This document shows positions 1-10,522 of a stretch of 64,000 nucleotides of DNA, piece by piece. Numbering within the stretch: position 1 is the first letter of the stretch; the number at the start of each line of letters is the position of its first letter. This DNA comes from Candidatus Bathyarchaeota archaeon (GTDB taxonomy: Archaea > Thermoproteota > Bathyarchaeia > Bathyarchaeales > Bathycorpusculaceae). The notes under the pieces were generated by a model. The model made no database searches, had not been told where the DNA came from, and saw only the letters and a list, made by a program, of their open reading frames with translations. The DNA lies in contig CAVZJV010000014.1 of the NCBI GenBank assembly GCA_963775685.1, positions 128,001 to 192,000 of the forward strand. Reading direction: 5' to 3'. The position numbers and the translations under genes are program-made.

Positions 1-4
1 GTTC

Positions 5-448
5 TCACTCACTTGTTAATATTAAAGTTGCAATTTGGTTCTCAAAATGGCATTGGAGTTCTGCTCTTCCTGAACTGCTAATGAAGATGCCTGATGCATT
101 AACGGTTGCAGGTATGTTTACATGTAGTTCACTTGAGGTAACGGTTGTTCCAAACCCTGACTCAACCCACGCACCTGATGAATCGTTTGATATTTGTATC
201 CAGAATATTTGATTACCAACTTGTGAAGGGATATCAAGAGATCGAGTTGAGTTCTGGATGTTTTCTGTATTATGTGATAATAAAGTTAAGCTTTGTGTTG
301 CTATATATTCATCGATGTTTTTTAGTTGCTGGTTTGCAGCTTGATTTTTTATGTTTAAAGTTACAACGCTGCAACTGTAAACAATAATGGACCCAACCAA
401 GAGGGCTGCAAAAAGCGAATACACGTAGCCGGGAATTATCGTTGGCAT
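5..448 (-). CDS. Pilin-cluster accessory protein / minor pilin-like, N-terminal hydrophobic helix
   Basis: 147 aa ORF with an N-terminal hydrophobic segment (YVYSLFAALLVGSIIVYSC) and a beta-rich body; starts 1 bp after the stop of the 260-aa pilin-like gene. Confidence 0.55.
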   Translation of the reverse strand: MPTIIPGYVYSLFAALLVGSIIVYSCSVVTLNIKNQAANQQLKNIDEYIATQSLTLLSHNTENIQNSTRSLDIPSQVGNQIFWIQISNDSSGAWVESGFGTTVTSSELHVNIPATVNASGIFISSSGRAELQCHFENQIATLILTSE

Positions 449-449
449 A

Positions 450-1289
450 TTAGCGGATCCACCTCTGGATTGAAACGTTGGAAATGACGATTTCTAAGTT
501 GATGACTGCTCCTTGAGGTGTGTTTGAAATTGGGATTAAAACACGGCCAATTGTATTGTCTAGAACCGAAGTTACGAGCAATGATTTGGCTGCAGACGAT
601 ACTTCATAATTTTTGGAGATTAATTGTGTCGTAGTGCAGGATATTTGAAGGGGAAGTTCTCCAAATAATGATATGCTGCTTGAAGAATTTAAGTTAACGA
701 TATGGATTCTTATATTGTTGACTACTTTGTTGTTTTCCAATCCGGCAATCGCATATGTTACTAGTGGACGAAAACGCAATTGGATTTCAGGGTGCTCGTT
801 TCCTCTTTGTATGCACATCTGACTCATCGATGAACCGCTTTGGTTAATTATAGATCGGCTATCACCTTTGAGATACAATCCTATATTTGATGACCTTGAA
901 GAAGGCAATTCATAGATGATTTTGCCAACTGATGCGTTAAATATTGTTTCTAGGACCTCTGAGTTGACACTAATGTTGATGACTAATGCATTGCTAGTAG
1001 GTTTGATACTTGTTTGTCCGCCCGAATCTGACAAATCGAAAGTCCTTGAGGTGCCAGGCTGAAACAAAGTCGATAGAACAGCATCATTTAGCGATATGAG
1101 ATTTTGTTTCGCTGTGGAAACTTTGAGAGTTTGACTTTGGGAGTTGATTCTTTCAACTGAAAAGGCGTAAGTAACCGAGATGATGCCCATTGTTGTGACA
1201 AAAAGAATGAGAAATGTGACTGGTAAAGCCAAGGCAAATTTGGAATTAATTAATTTTAGAGTCGAACGTTTAAATGAGACTTTAACCAG
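450..1289 (-). CDS. Type IV pilin/archaellin-like protein (probable CTG start at 1289)
   Basis: The track starts at TTG 1232, but the frame is open 19 codons further to a CTG preceded by an SD-like GGAGAGGA. This gives the basic leader VKVSFKRSTLKLINSKFA|LALPVTFLILFV, resembling a class III signal peptide. Confidence 0.6.
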   Translation of the reverse strand: MVKVSFKRSTLKLINSKFALALPVTFLILFVTTMGIISVTYAFSVERINSQSQTLKVSTAKQNLISLNDAVLSTLFQPGTSRTFDLSDSGGQTSIKPTSNALVINISVNSEVLETIFNASVGKIIYELPSSRSSNIGLYLKGDSRSIINQSGSSMSQMCIQRGNEHPEIQLRFRPLVTYAIAGLENNKVVNNIRIHIVNLNSSSSISLFGELPLQISCTTTQLISKNYEVSSAAKSLLVTSVLDNTIGRVLIPISNTPQGAVINLEIVISNVSIQRWIR

Positions 1290-1489
1290 TTAAATCCTCT
1301 CCATCTAAGCCTTTTACTTTAAACGTCTGAAAGAATAGATTAAGCCGTTTGTGCGTATAATCTCGATACATATAGCTTAAAGTTAATCAAAGAAGATATG
1401 TTGTAACCTAACGTATAATTTATTAATCAAAAAAAATTTTTTGTTAAAAAGAAGTTAAACAATTAGGCGTTTCAAACCTAATCATTTTA

Positions 1490-2041
1490 TTACAGGTTGT
1501 AGGCGTTAACATTCGTCTCTTTATAGTACATGGCTTGTGACGTGAAGACTGCGAACCCAACTGTAAGACCGATATCATTGATTGTAATACTATCTGGCGA
1601 AGAGATAAATACGATCATTGTACCGCCGGATGATAATACCAAGTTTGTTCCAGCTGCTGTGGCTGTAGCATTAAATCCAAGGTCTGAGCCCTCTGCAAGA
1701 GAGCTTACGTATGTCAAGTCATTAGTTATGCTATCATCTGCTCCTGCTACTGAATAGAACACGTTCCCCCAGGGTATTGTTTGCCCGCGAATAGTTATTT
1801 TACTGATGACCACATCGCGTCCACCGACGTCAGTTATCATTATTGCTCCTTGAACGGTTGCATCGGAAGCTACCCATATGTGTTGGCTTGTCAGTGAAAG
1901 GCTTTCTTCTTGTATTCTTGTGCTTGTAACGTTAATTGCAAAATAAGTTACAACACTTGCAAGAAGTACCGAAACAACGAGGATGATCAGCGTAGTAACT
2001 ACTGTACTTAGAGCCCATCGATTTCTTAGTAAGTTTTTCAT
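1490..2041 (-). CDS. Archaeal type IV pilin/archaellin family protein
   Basis: Short basic leader MKNLLRNRWA, then hydrophobic LSTVVTTLIILVVSVLLASVVTYFA, then a beta-rich domain; SD-like AGGAG upstream. Confidence 0.8.
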   Translation of the reverse strand: MKNLLRNRWALSTVVTTLIILVVSVLLASVVTYFAINVTSTRIQEESLSLTSQHIWVASDATVQGAIMITDVGGRDVVISKITIRGQTIPWGNVFYSVAGADDSITNDLTYVSSLAEGSDLGFNATATAAGTNLVLSSGGTMIVFISSPDSITINDIGLTVGFAVFTSQAMYYKETNVNAYNL

Positions 2042-2586
2042 TCTTTTGTTTTCAACTCCTTATGAAAATTCCTTACACACTTTAAGGTAAAGAAATCTTG
2101 TGCATAAAAAAAATTACATACACGAAAGCGGAGCAAGTTTCTCCCAATGATAAGCAAATCCACAATTATGTTTAATTTGTTTCTCTAAATAATCCTTAAG
2201 AAAATAGCTTCATACGAGACATTTCTAACTCCAATTTTTTTCACGTTTCTATGCTCTTCGTTGTCTCGGCGTGACATTCGAAAAGCTTTCCTCTTTTTGC
2301 TCGAAAGAAAAAAAGTTGATGTTTGACCATAAATCTCTGTTTAGCAAGTCAAACAATTTTGGATAAAACTCCATTGCAGCCAACAATTCTGCCTCTAAGA
2401 GTTTGCCGCAAATAATGCATATGAAGATCCCGTTGTAGATTTTAGGGATTTTATAAACATTTTGGTTCAACCGATAAATCATATGTTTAATATTTTTATT
2501 TTAATCTGCTTAAGAAGAATTGCGTTGTTTAGCCCTATGTGTAGTAAAGCAAATTGTGAATAACACTATATTAGCTTAAGAACAGA

Positions 2587-5500
2587 TTATTTAATTTTAG
2601 CGATTTGATAGTTTTCTCTTCCGTTCTTATTCAGTTTCGGAATGGTTATGGTGAATTTGGCGCCTTTGTTTCGTTCTCCTACTTCAGTTATGGTCCAACC
2701 GTAAATGTCTATCATTTTTTTAATAAGGAATAGTCCAAAGCCTGTGCTGCCACCTGTGCTGAAGCCTTCTTTGAAGAGGTTTGTTTTGTTTTCTGAAGGT
2801 ATACCTACGCCATTGTCTTCATAAATTAACGTTAAATTATTCTCATCAACATTGTGGTAGTATACTTTTATGGTGGTGGTTTTTTGGCCATATTTTTTTG
2901 TGTTGTCGATGAAGTTGTAGAAGAGTTGTCTTAGAAATGAATCAGCTAACACTGTTAGTCCATGACAATCATTAATTATTTTTGGAATAGATTCAGAAAA
3001 GAGAGCAACCGTTTCATTGAGTTTAGTTTCCACATCAATATAAGTTAGCTCTTCCATGCCTATTTGTTCATATATTTTGGCAAAATCAAAAATCTTTATC
3101 GAATCTTTAACCGCTTCTTCCATCTTGCTAAGCCCATCGATTATATCTGTTTGGTTGCGGTGTTTTTTCTTTAATAAATATGCATATCCGGTTACTGTTG
3201 ATAGTTTGTTGCGTACATCATGTCTTGTTAAGCTGCCAACCACACGCAGCTTCTCATTCATCATTCCGAGTTTGTCTCGGTTATCTTTCAAGCTTACTTC
3301 TATCTTCTTGCGTTCAGTTATGTCTGCAACCAATGCAAGTGTCCCGATGTAGTTGCCAGTGTCATCCTGAATGGATGAAGCTGTAATATTTCCGTACATG
3401 TGGTCACCATCTTTTTTAATAAACTCAAACTCGCATTGCCCCTGGTTGCCTAGTTTGCATTCTTCCAAATTGTGTTCCGCAATATTAGAGCTAGGTTCAT
3501 ACAAAAAAGTAACTAAATTCTTTCCGATCATTTCACTTTCATTGTATCCCAACATCTTTGCCATGCGGGGATTAACATAGACAGTACGACTGCTGTTATC
3601 TAGTGCCCAAACACCTTCTTGCGCAAGTTCAACCAACTGACGATACTTCGTCTCGCTTTCCATCAAGGCGTTCTCTATTTTCTTGGCTTCCGTTACATCT
3701 AGATAAATGCTGTGGATGAATTTTTTCCCAGACAATTCAATCACCTGAGAAGTAGCTACGACATCTCTAATCTCACCGTTTTTGGTTCGGTGTTTGGTTT
3801 CAAATTCAACTTTGCCTTCCCGCAGTATCTTTTCTATTCTTTCTTTCATTTCATCTGGAGTATCAACTGCCTTAAAATCGAATATACATAGTTTTGCGAA
3901 CTCTTCTCTAGAGTACCCTAATTGTTGATGGGCTTCCTCATTGAACTCAACTGGTACGGCAGTTTCAGGGTCGATAATCAGAATCCCTACTGGCGCCTGA
4001 TCAAACAATGCCCGATACCTCTTTTCAGCTTCCAGCATCCTTGTTTCCATTTGTTTTCTTTCTGTGATGTCTCTGGTAACATGAATTATGACAATTTTTC
4101 CTTCGGGGTTTTTGACAAAACGTGCTGAGACTTCAACAATGAGTTGATTATTATTTTTATCAAAGTGTTTGTGTTCAACTGTTATGATTTCTTTGGTTTC
4201 AAGTGCTATCCGAATTGGGCAGAGGTGTTCTGGGGAATTGCAGGGTATCAATGAGTGGTGGGTTGTTTCGTAACATGTCTTTCCAATTAGTTCTTCTTTT
4301 TTGAGATTTAATTGTTTCAACGCTACTTCATTTATGGTAATTATTTTGTAGTCGTCGGGGTCGATTACTAATAGAGCATCATCAAGCGAATCAATTATTC
4401 TTTCGTCGAATTCTTTTAGTTTCGTCAGTTTTTCTTCAGCTTCTTTGCGTTCAGTAATATCCTCAAACACGGCTACAAAATAGCCTTTTCTTGGGCAATA
4501 AACTGAAATTGATAGCCACAAGTTTAGAGGTTTAAGGAATACATCAAACTTTTCTCTTTGACCCGTGAAAGCGACTCTGCCGTAGATTTCAAAAAGTTGA
4601 GGATTGGCTTCTTTAATTCCAGGTATTGCCTCTGTTACGTTCTTTCCAATAATTAAGTCTCTCTTTAAGCCTGTTATTTTTTCAAATGCCTGATTTATTT
4701 GCAGATAAACAAAGTCAACAGGTTTTCCTGTCGCGTCGAATTTCATTTGGCAATATGCAAAGCCATTAAGCATGTTATCGAAAAGAGAACTGAATTCTTC
4801 CTCACTTTTCTTTAATGCTTCTTCAACTTTCTTTTGTTTAGTAATGTCTTTTGCTACATGTACGCATTGAATAAGGTCCCCTTGTTCGTCGAGAATCGGT
4901 GAAGTGGTAATAAGTAACGGCAGACCTATGTTTGGGTCGTTAATTTCCACTGTGGTGGTTTGTTTGGTTTCAAAAGTCTTTTCAGCGGGACAATTCTGCC
5001 AGGGGTTATTGGTTCTATGCACAACATCATAACAGTGTTTACCAATCAAGTCCTCTGGTTTTTTCTTTAAGACATCACAAGTACTCTTGTTAACTCTAGT
5101 AATGTTTCTGTTTTTGTCCATGACAAATATCAGATCACCGATGTCATCCAAAATCTTGGTACCTTCATAGACTTCTTTATTTTTTTCTTCCTCTATTTTT
5201 TTATTTTTGGTGATATCTTTGCTTATGTGGATTATTTGAACTATTTTTCCATCTTTGTCTTTCACAGGGTGAACTGCAACTTCGACATCTATCGGCTTAT
5301 TGTTCTTGTCAAAATGCCGGTGAACCATTACGGAAGGTTTGCCCGCATTTATCGCTTCCTCCATTGGACAAGCATTATGAGGCGAGGCGCAAGGCGTTAA
5401 CCTATGATGTGTCGCTTCATAACAGGTCTTGCCGATCAACTCTTCTTTTACTGATTTCAGTTGTTCCAAAGCAACTTTGTTTGCGTCTATTATTTTGTAA

Positions 5501-6039
5501 TCAATTGGATCAATTACTATGATCTCGTCGTTAATTGAATCAATTACTCTTTCGCCGAATTCTTTCAAAAACACTATTTTCGACTTAGATCTTTTTTGTT
5601 CTACTGTTACATTTATCGCCTGCGCCAGTTCAAAATACACGGTTTCTGGTTTGCCATTCTTGCTGACATAGCGGTCAGCTCCCAAATTCAACGCTTCAAC
5701 GACAACTTCTTCTCTGCCTTTTCCAGTGAACAAAATAAAAGGAATATCGTTTTTCTGTTCTCTGAGTTCCTGAAGAAATTGTAACCCATTTTTTAGAGGC
5801 ATTTCATAGTCAGAAATAATAACGTCAAAATTGCCTGTTTTTAGCTTCTCAGAAGCTTCATCTACGCTTTTAGCCTGACATATTTCAAAGCCTCCAAAGT
5901 CAATTAGGATTAGTTTTGAGATTTCCAAAGTAGATGGGTCATCATCCACATGCAGAAAATTGATTACCCTATTTTTATCTGAGGGTGCTAAGTTGGTAAT
6001 GTCTAATTTGATTACAATATCTTGATTTAGCGTTTGTAT
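2587..6039 (-). CDS. Hybrid sensor kinase: REC - multiple PAS - HisKA/HATPase
   Basis: REC motifs (FLHVDDD, IISDYEMP, FTGKG); about 6 PAS/PAC repeats ending DIT; H-box TRHDVRNKL; N-box FYNFIDN; G1 EDNGVG; G2 GSTGFGL. The REC beta1 strand lies upstream of the GTG at 5949, so the start is probably near ATA 6039. Confidence 0.92.
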   Translation of the reverse strand: MQTLNQDIVIKLDITNLAPSDKNRVINFLHVDDDPSTLEISKLILIDFGGFEICQAKSVDEASEKLKTGNFDVIISDYEMPLKNGLQFLQELREQKNDIPFILFTGKGREEVVVEALNLGADRYVSKNGKPETVYFELAQAINVTVEQKRSKSKIVFLKEFGERVIDSINDEIIVIDPIDYKIIDANKVALEQLKSVKEELIGKTCYEATHHRLTPCASPHNACPMEEAINAGKPSVMVHRHFDKNNKPIDVEVAVHPVKDKDGKIVQIIHISKDITKNKKIEEEKNKEVYEGTKILDDIGDLIFVMDKNRNITRVNKSTCDVLKKKPEDLIGKHCYDVVHRTNNPWQNCPAEKTFETKQTTTVEINDPNIGLPLLITTSPILDEQGDLIQCVHVAKDITKQKKVEEALKKSEEEFSSLFDNMLNGFAYCQMKFDATGKPVDFVYLQINQAFEKITGLKRDLIIGKNVTEAIPGIKEANPQLFEIYGRVAFTGQREKFDVFLKPLNLWLSISVYCPRKGYFVAVFEDITERKEAEEKLTKLKEFDERIIDSLDDALLVIDPDDYKIITINEVALKQLNLKKEELIGKTCYETTHHSLIPCNSPEHLCPIRIALETKEIITVEHKHFDKNNNQLIVEVSARFVKNPEGKIVIIHVTRDITERKQMETRMLEAEKRYRALFDQAPVGILIIDPETAVPVEFNEEAHQQLGYSREEFAKLCIFDFKAVDTPDEMKERIEKILREGKVEFETKHRTKNGEIRDVVATSQVIELSGKKFIHSIYLDVTEAKKIENALMESETKYRQLVELAQEGVWALDNSSRTVYVNPRMAKMLGYNESEMIGKNLVTFLYEPSSNIAEHNLEECKLGNQGQCEFEFIKKDGDHMYGNITASSIQDDTGNYIGTLALVADITERKKIEVSLKDNRDKLGMMNEKLRVVGSLTRHDVRNKLSTVTGYAYLLKKKHRNQTDIIDGLSKMEEAVKDSIKIFDFAKIYEQIGMEELTYIDVETKLNETVALFSESIPKIINDCHGLTVLADSFLRQLFYNFIDNTKKYGQKTTTIKVYYHNVDENNLTLIYEDNGVGIPSENKTNLFKEGFSTGGSTGFGLFLIKKMIDIYGWTITEVGERNKGAKFTITIPKLNKNGRENYQIAKIK

Positions 6040-7162
6040 TAGCCATTCCTCAGCTAATAACTAATAAGAACTAATAAATCGGTTATGAATCATGAATATT
6101 TAGTATAAGCCAACAAAATGTGTTAGCTTTTGTCTTGATAAATAAACCCTTTGACTGACATGGTTACAACTATTACAACTTTAGTTTTTGTTGAAACCGT
6201 CTTGTACAATATACCTAGCTCCCCAATTGGGACTTTGGTTGGATTATGTTGTTCCGTCGGGCAGGTTTTGTTTCATTATAAAGATCACCGACGAAATAAG
6301 CAGTCTTCTTGCAATTTGTTAGCTGCACTAAGGTTTTTCCAGAGTTTTCCCTCTTCTTATTAAGTTCCATATTGTTTTGGTTTTTCATTCTTGAAGCATT
6401 GCTTTGATGTTCGTGGATTGCTTTTTCAATTATGAATATTCTATGTTAAACACTTGTTTTTTCTAGATGCAAAGTTAATGGAATACTGCTTTTCGTGTTG
6501 ATCTACAGGAAAATCCTCTAAATCTAAATGTTAAACGTCTGTTTATAAAAAATCGCTTTGATATAGGAATGAGAGAAGTGCGCGATTTCGGCTGTCTCTC
6601 TGCTCGGCAAATCTGTTTAACTTGAACTTTTTTGTGTAATCAACTCTAACAACTATGTCTTCAGTTTTGGTCAATTTCTAATTCGCAGTGATTAAAGCGT
6701 AGTGTTACTAAATGAGCGTTAAAAAGTTCGTTAGGGAACAGAGTAACTTGTTACGCTTGTAGCTTTAAGAAGATTTGAGTATCAGAGTAATGTTGAATTT
6801 GATTGTTTGTCATCAAAGAAACCTTCTTTCGGATTGCAGCTTTGGAGGGGCTTTGAAGTGTTTATCAATTAGTTGGTCGGGTTATTCTAATAAAATTTAG
6901 CCATTTCATAAAGTTGTTCGACGTAGTTTTCTGTTGGTCTTACTGTGACCTTGACTAAGATACTCTTTGACATTTTTTGTTCAACCGTCAGTTTCATCTT
7001 CTATTTGGCGGGGTGCTCCCTTTACAGGTTTTTGGGAAAAAGTATGTGCCTTTCGTTTACGGATATTTGGGTTTTTGGATATACTCTATATAGGGTGTCC
7101 TTAGATACGTCTTAAGATTTAGTTCCGTAGTTCTGCTCGCTCATTTAACAAAAATTAAAATT

Positions 7163-7543
7163 CTACTTTTTGTCTTGGGTAGACTCAAAACTTTGGCGGG
7201 AGAGGTGCGCGTACTCTGTAAGTGTCATTTCTGGAACAGTCCATTTTGACAAGGATCGTTCATTGATCTGTAATTTGAGTTTTACTTCAAGTTTACTATG
7301 GACTTTTTTAATCAGCAATATCTCAAGATGTCGGGAACCCTGACCAAAAATTCGAACCAATGCATTTGAAAAATCATTCAGTCTGGCGGGTATTTGCTGT
7401 TTTCTAATGTTAAAGCGTGTTTCAAGGTTAATATAAATTGAAGCTTTTCCAGCTTCGCCTAGGCTTGCTAATCCTTCATCTATCGCTTCTATTAGAAGTT
7501 GATCAAAATTCTCAAACTGATTCATTTTGCCTCTTCTTTTCAC
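7163..7543 (-). CDS. NitrOD5/DUF3227-like stand-alone output-domain protein
   Basis: The pattern EAIDEGLASLG...IYINLE...F..AL.RIFG.G...LE..IKK resembles the thaumarchaeal/bathyarchaeal NitrOD5 family; lies near the hybrid kinase. Confidence 0.65.
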   Translation of the reverse strand: MKRRGKMNQFENFDQLLIEAIDEGLASLGEAGKASIYINLETRFNIRKQQIPARLNDFSNALVRIFGQGSRHLEILLIKKVHSKLEVKLKLQINERSLSKWTVPEMTLTEYAHLSRQSFESTQDKK

Positions 7544-7899
7544 ATGTACAATTTTTAAACAACGGTATTTTCACCCTGAATGGGTGCTAAAACAAAATGA
7601 TAAGGGGCATACTAAAGCGTTATGAACTATTAGTAATGATCGGAAAAAGGATTAGATATTACCCTACAAAGTCCCAATGCATGCCTTGGATGTTTTCTAT
7701 TCCGCGTCGTTAACAATAAGGCCTTAATGGGTAAACATTAAGTTCTGATTTTTTAGTTTTGAGATAATTCTTCCTTTTTCAATGAAAGTAGTTTAACTTA
7801 GAGATTTGAAGTATATGTTGTGAGTATGGATTTTGTTTTCATAACTAATATGGTTAAGTTCAATGAATTTAAGTTTAGTCGCCACAAGATGAACAAGAC

Positions 7900-9531
7900 A
7901 TGCGAACAATAAAGAATCTCTGCTTAAAACTGTCAATAATTATTGTCATCTTAGTGTTAATTGTTAGTTGCTTTTTCATCCTTCCTATCTTGGCTTTGGA
8001 ATTGACAACTACTTCTGAATACAGTCGATACGTACATACTTATGTTGACTCTGACAATGGAAATTATACAATGGTTGAAAAACCAATCTTTCCGGTGATG
8101 ATAAACAATTCACAGATTCCAATTGGTGGAAACTGGACTATAATCTGCCCACTTCAGGCGGGACATAACTATCATGTTTATTGCTATGGCAACTGGGTGA
8201 ACATATCCTCAGCAGCGAAAACCGACTATGACATTTACGTATACGACAATGCTGGAACACTTGAGAGCTCACATACCGAAGCTGCAGGTTTTCCAGAACA
8301 CTTAGGTACAACAGCTCATGACGCCTTGTTTACTCCTGCCAAGTCGGGAACCTATTCGTTTGTGATAAAGAATGATGCTCGAGAGAGTCAGGGTGAACAG
8401 CAAGCTACTTTCATGGTTATTGAGAACTTAGAAACTGATAACTGGTATATCTGTTCAGTCGAAGGCAAAGATGCTAACGACCAACCAAGCTTCCGCACAG
8501 TTTGGTCGTATGAGTTTGTATCAAATGAGTCAAAAGTTGAATTATATGTCAAAGTTCCACAAACCCTAGATATGTATGAGGCGAGGCTTTACCTGATGAA
8601 TAACGCACAGTCTCCAAGTATAAACTCTTTTCCTTTACCTTGGGAAGCTGGATTATATGGGAACTTAAGTAGTTCTGTAGGAGGATACAACTTTGAGAGC
8701 GAAGCATATCGCGGCGTAGCTTATACAAGTTGTGAATACATGGGGCAATCCATGTTTCTGGATTACACTTCGCAAAACAATGGGACCAACCTCTACCATC
8801 TGGTGCTTATTGGAGAGGAAGGGGCAGGTGACATAAAGTTTATGTTCAAAACACAGTTTGATAACGCTTCTTTGACACCTTTAGCTATTCCTTCAAGAGT
8901 TTGCCCCGACACACCAGCGAAAATATCCTATGATTGCAACAGTGCTAATTTAGAAAATGCTCAACTCTCCTACACAACCAACAATTGGACCAGCTTTACA
9001 ACCATTGATATGTCAATAACTAACAAAACATGTAACGCCACGTTTCCGGGCCAAATAGCAGGCTCAACAGTGGAGTACAAAATATGCGCAAACGACGTTT
9101 TAAAGAACATCATAACAGCGACAGGCAACTACACAGTAAAGGAACAATTGAGCCTATTCATCGAAGGCGTTAAAGCCAACATAACTCTAGGTCAAAACAT
9201 TACTATCACTGGAAGCCTGACCCCGAATGGTGAAAACTCGATAGTTATAGTACAATTTCTAAGCAGCAACACCACCGAATCCGTAGCTTGTCCAATAAAT
9301 CAGAATGGGACTTTTACAGCAAGCCTTCAACCGGAAACCACTGGAACATGGGCTATCATGGCTACTTCTCTTGAAACCCCTACTACTTGGAGATGCGATA
9401 GCGGACAGTTGTTGGTATCAGTAAATGAACCTCCAATTTATGTAAAATATTCCCTCTACATTATCATTGGTATAGTTGTAATGTGCGCGGTTGGTGGGGC
9501 AGTTTGGTTTTTAAAGTTCAGAGAAAAATAA
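7900..9531 (+). CDS. Secreted/surface protein with beta-sandwich (PPC/Ig-like) domains and a C-terminal membrane anchor
   Basis: 543 aa; N-terminal signal/TM; DYDIYVYD motif; many NxS/T sequons; C-terminal TM followed by KFREK. Confidence 0.75.
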   Translation: MRTIKNLCLKLSIIIVILVLIVSCFFILPILALELTTTSEYSRYVHTYVDSDNGNYTMVEKPIFPVMINNSQIPIGGNWTIICPLQAGHNYHVYCYGNWVNISSAAKTDYDIYVYDNAGTLESSHTEAAGFPEHLGTTAHDALFTPAKSGTYSFVIKNDARESQGEQQATFMVIENLETDNWYICSVEGKDANDQPSFRTVWSYEFVSNESKVELYVKVPQTLDMYEARLYLMNNAQSPSINSFPLPWEAGLYGNLSSSVGGYNFESEAYRGVAYTSCEYMGQSMFLDYTSQNNGTNLYHLVLIGEEGAGDIKFMFKTQFDNASLTPLAIPSRVCPDTPAKISYDCNSANLENAQLSYTTNNWTSFTTIDMSITNKTCNATFPGQIAGSTVEYKICANDVLKNIITATGNYTVKEQLSLFIEGVKANITLGQNITITGSLTPNGENSIVIVQFLSSNTTESVACPINQNGTFTASLQPETTGTWAIMATSLETPTTWRCDSGQLLVSVNEPPIYVKYSLYIIIGIVVMCAVGGAVWFLKFREK

Positions 9532-10213
9532 ATTACCGGTCTAATGCAACGCGTTTTTTGGGGTATATGCTTAGAGTTGTTTCAGAAGATACTACGAGAC
9601 ATTGGTTAAATCAGCCCACACGGATTAGGCAAATCAAAAAAAAGTGGAGGTTTAACGATTTTCTGTATATTTTTATTCCACTTAATTTTTTTACAGGTCA
9701 AGTCTGAGCCTTATTGTTGTTTACGGCCCACCTGAGCGATGTCTTGATTGCTACAGATTCTTTGCGCCGTTTTGAACCTGCAGCTCAAAGCTGCGGTGCT
9801 CCAACACAATGCATGTTCAGCCCAATGAGGCGAAGTCTTAATCACGTACTAATTTTCTGCTGTTTCAATAAGCACGTATCTTTGCCTCAGTGCATTGCAT
9901 CTAAAGCTTGCTCCTTGACCTGCATAAATCATTAAGGATATGCTTCATTATAAATTTTGCGACTTTTACGGTGCAAAAACAGTCAACATTGTATCATTTG
10001 TAACAAACCATGGATTCTATTACAGTGACCTCTTTTGGTGAAACAACGACAACTAATGATTAGGCGTCGCTGACGTATCCACTGGGTACTCCAAAATGCA
10101 AAACAGAAGCAAAAACCTTACTTTCTTTTTCATATTTTTTGGAAATAAATCTGACTTTAACGGTTAAGTTAATACGCCAATTATGCCTAAGACACTTCTA
10201 GTGACTTAAACAG

Positions 10214-10396
10214 GTGGCAGAGGCTAAAAAAAGCGAACCCATAAGTAACTTGCCCAAAGAGGTCAGATTGCCCTGTGGATGCATTTATCAAGAAAGCAGC
10301 TGGATGCTAACACGAGTCAACGAATGCGAATACCATAAACGCAAAAGAACCGCAAAACGCCCCTACAGGCCTAAAGCAGAATGCGTAAGACCTTAA
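10214..10396 (+). CDS. Small basic Cys/His protein (putative Zn-binding)
   Basis: 60 aa with LPCGC...ECEYH and a basic tail; GTG start. Confidence 0.45.
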   Translation: MAEAKKSEPISNLPKEVRLPCGCIYQESSWMLTRVNECEYHKRKRTAKRPYRPKAECVRP

Positions 10397-10522
10397 AAAG
10401 AACACGCTAATGTTCAATTTTTCACGCTTAGAGATAAAGAAGTAAAATTAATTTAAGAAAAAAATTATTCACTAACCAACATAAAAGCATCAAATATTAT
10501 TCAGTATTTTGAGGAAAATCAA

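Noticed and set aside
6100-7140. Possible genes or ncRNA in the 1-kb gap upstream of the kinase
   Set aside because: The frames I read are interrupted by stops and show no recognisable motif; probably old gene debris.
9483-9935. Short ORFs of 73-74 aa
   Set aside because: No SD or motifs and atypical composition; likely spurious or decayed.
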